Source: Lama guanicoe
Taxonomy: Eukaryota
Direction of reading: 5' to 3'
Length of the DNA: 64,000 nt
Assembly: GCA_013239625.1 (NCBI GenBank)
Contig: MU053561.1
Coordinates: 3,550,283 to 3,614,282 of the forward strand
Positions 61,500 to 64,000 of this stretch are shown here, piece after piece. Under the pieces are notes generated by a model. That model was given only the letters and a program-made list of their open reading frames with translations. It made no database searches and was not told the DNA's origin. The translations under genes were made by a program, and so were the position numbers. Every line of letters begins with the position of its first letter. Position 1 is the stretch's first letter.

Positions 61500-61680
61500 G
61501 ACAGCTACCACGTATTGAGTGTGTACTATGTGCTCGCTTACCCCGTTAAGTGCTTTGCAGGCATCGTCTCACTTAACTCTCAGAACAACACAACGTGGTA
61601 GGTACTTTTGTCTTCACTTAACATATGAGGGACTTGAGGCTTAAAGAAGCTAAATAACTTGCTTAGGATCATGAAGGCAT
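61500..61680 (-). mobile_element. MIR SINE
   Basis: 'gtattgagtgtgtactatgtgc...taagtgctttgcaggcatcgtctcacttaactctc...gaggcttaaagaagctaaataacttgc'. Confidence 0.8.
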
Positions 61681-62039
61681 GTTTGTCAGCTCATCAAAGC
61701 CCCCGCCCTTACTCATCATACTCTATGGCTTTCCTTTGCTAGAGGGGCAGCTGTGCCATGCACACACCCCATCTGTTGGCCCCGGCACCCCACCTCTCCA
61801 CCCATGTGCTCAGGGGAGGCTTCAGCTCAGGCATGCAAAGGAGTGCAGGATCTACAGTGCACACACCTGGCCATCCAATCAAGGGGACACGTGGAAACTA
61901 AGCCTGAGCCCTGTGTGTCCTGCTTGCTGGGTCAAACAGGTGCTCTGGCTTGGGGCTAACTGTTGGGAAGACACTGCAGGCTAGTGGCAGTCCCGGACCA
62001 GCCCCTCCTGGAGAAGTCTGGCTCCGATCTGGCACTGTC

Positions 62040-62800
62040 CATGGTATTCCTCTTCACCAGCATGGGTGAGCCTGGCTCCTCAGCCTCCCCTGCTCACACC
62101 CATCCTCACACTGCCCCAAGAACCATCTTCTAAAGTTGGCATGTCATTCCCTGCCTAGACATTTTTCTTGGCTCCTCAATGCCTATTTAAAAAAATAAAA
62201 ACAAATAAACTCAAGTTCTTTCTCTGGGCACAGAAATCTATCACAATCTTGTCCAGACCCTCTACCGCATCTTCAGCCACTCTCCCTGAGGTTAAATGTT
62301 CCTGCCAAGTTCAGATTTGCCCACTTCCCTGGACATGGTTGGTCCTTTATAATCCATGCCTTCGTACTTGCTTTCTCTCTGCCTAAAGTGCTCTCCTCCA
62401 ATCTTATGTTTTGGCCCAGAAAATTTCAGTGGTTCCATTGTCACCCAACTCAAGTGTAAGCACTTGGCAAAACTTTCCTCAATTTCTATGGGCAGCGTGA
62501 ACTGCTGAGTCCCAGGTACAAACACCTTCATGCCAGAACTGATCTGTTTCTCTGTGTTTGAGACCTAAGACTCTGGGGCTAGGGTCAGACTCTGGCTCCA
62601 ACTTATTTTGAATGTGTGATGTTGAACATGTGACTGTATTCCCTTAAGCCTCCATTTTCAAATGTGTGGGATGGGACAATATATATATATATGCTTTCTC
62701 AGATGCTGTGGTGAGTTTTCCATGGGATAAAGCAGAGCATTTCCAGAATAGGAAGTACATGGTAAGTGCTGGATAAACATGAATGATTATTATTAACTTT
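62040..62800 (+). mobile_element. L2 fragment followed by a MIR
   Basis: L2-like 62040-62560 ('accatcttctaaag...catgtcattccctgcc...ggctcctcaatgccta') and MIR-like 62565-62800. Confidence 0.6.
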
Positions 62801-63119
62801 GTATTTATAGTATGCATAAGAATTTGCATGGGAGCAGCTAAAAATAATAATACATTAATAATTCACTCATGTAGTCATGATTTGCGGTCTCTTCCAACTG
62901 TAGTCATCTGCATGTGACACATTATTAACTCTACAAAAAGTCAGACAATAATAACCCCTGTCTTATAAGACAGAAAACATAGTAAGTCAACAGTCATCCA
63001 TGGAGTAAACCATGAACACATGCATCTAAGGTTATGTGCGGGTCTGAAAGCCCCGCTCCATTCCACGTGGGAGGCCTGGCCTCTGCCTCTTCTTTTTTCA
63101 TCTTGGTTTTTTTTCCCCA

Positions 63120-63330
63120 TCACACTGGATGCTGTGAACCCTGGCTCTTCTATTAACTAGCTGTGGCCTTGAACAAATTCCTTGGTTCTGTGCCTCAATT
63201 GTCTCACCTAAAATGGGGGTAAAATGGTGAGTACTAGTAGTATACTACTAGGAGGATTGATTGAGTTAGTGCATGCAAAGCACTTAGAACATATCCGATG
63301 CGTCGTCAGATCCCAGTAGCACTGGTTGTA
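63120..63330 (+). mobile_element. MIR SINE
   Basis: 'actagctgtggccttgaacaaattccttggttctgtgcctcaatt...catgcaaagcacttagaac'. Confidence 0.75.
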
Positions 63331-63516
63331 TTGGTTCTTACAGCAGATAACTTTTTCAAAAGTCAAATTAAATAGTTAACTTATTTTTGAGGTAATGGAG
63401 ACAGAAATTGTGGAAATTTTCCGTTCAAATTTGCTAAGTATTTCCGGGTCAGGAGGGAGGTTTCTCATCTTCGTGCTGATCATTCCAAAAAGATATCAAG
63501 AAAGGGGAAGATTTCA

Positions 63517-63965
63517 CGATGCCATTTGCAGCAACATGGATGGATTTAGAGGTTATCATACTAAGTGAAGTAAATCAGACAAAGACAAATGTCATATGAT
63601 ACCACTTACATGTGGAATCTAAAAAATGATACAAATGAACTTATTTACAAAAATAGAAATAGACTCATAGGCATAGAAAACAAACTTATGATTACCAAAG
63701 GGGAAAGGTGGTGAGAAATGAATTTGAAATTTGGTACCAACAGATACATACTCCTACATACCAAATAAACAACAGGATCCTACTGCACAGGACAGGGAAC
63801 TATATTCAACATGTTACAGTAACATAATGGAAATGAATCTGAGAAAGAGCAGAAAGACATATACGTGTATAACTGAGTCACTTTGCTGTACACCAGAAAC
63901 TAACATGACATTGTACATCAACTATACTTCAATTCTAAGAAAAGAAAAGAAAAGAAAAGGAAAGG
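63517..63965 (+). mobile_element. L1 3' end with (GAAAA)n tail
   Basis: 'atgccatttgcagcaacatggatggatttagag...ctttgctgtacaccagaaact...actatacttcaat', flanked by aagatttca (63508-63516, 63967-63975). Confidence 0.9.
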
Positions 63966-64000
63966 AAAGATTTCAGGAGCTTCTTGGATCACAGGAAAAG

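Noticed and set aside
1..64000. CRISPR arrays, operons or prokaryotic-type systems
   Set aside because: The sequence is mammalian, with no regularly spaced repeats or foreign gene-dense insert seen.

Overview
Mammalian genomic DNA, most likely a camelid (alpaca, llama or camel). The assignment is inferred from short tRNA-derived Vic-1-like SINEs and the absence of recognisable Alu, B1, Bov-A, PRE-1 or CAN SINEs. The only protein-coding gene I can support is NHLH2 (NSCL-2/HEN2; + strand, CDS 57044-57451). It sits in a CpG island, with two inferred non-coding 5' exons and a ~1.6 kb 3' UTR. The ~54 kb upstream is intergenic and dominated by fossil transposons: L1 of several ages, L2, L3/CR1, MIR, MaLR/ERVL LTRs, and hAT DNA transposons (Zaphod-like, Charlie4-like, MER20). 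Between them lie a few repeat-free, motif-dense islands that are candidate NHLH2 enhancers. I found no convincing new gene or multi-gene system. The most interesting observations are: (i) a uORF-rich NHLH2 leader, including a candidate alternative exon whose uORF stop overlaps the ATGATG start; (ii) E-box and homeodomain motif clusters; (iii) a TSD-flanked, poly(A)-tailed LTR-like retrocopy and a possible L1 3' transduction; (iv) a long open CR1/L3 RT frame and a near full-length nested Charlie4-like element. Repeat family names come from recalled consensus sequences and repeat boundaries are approximate.
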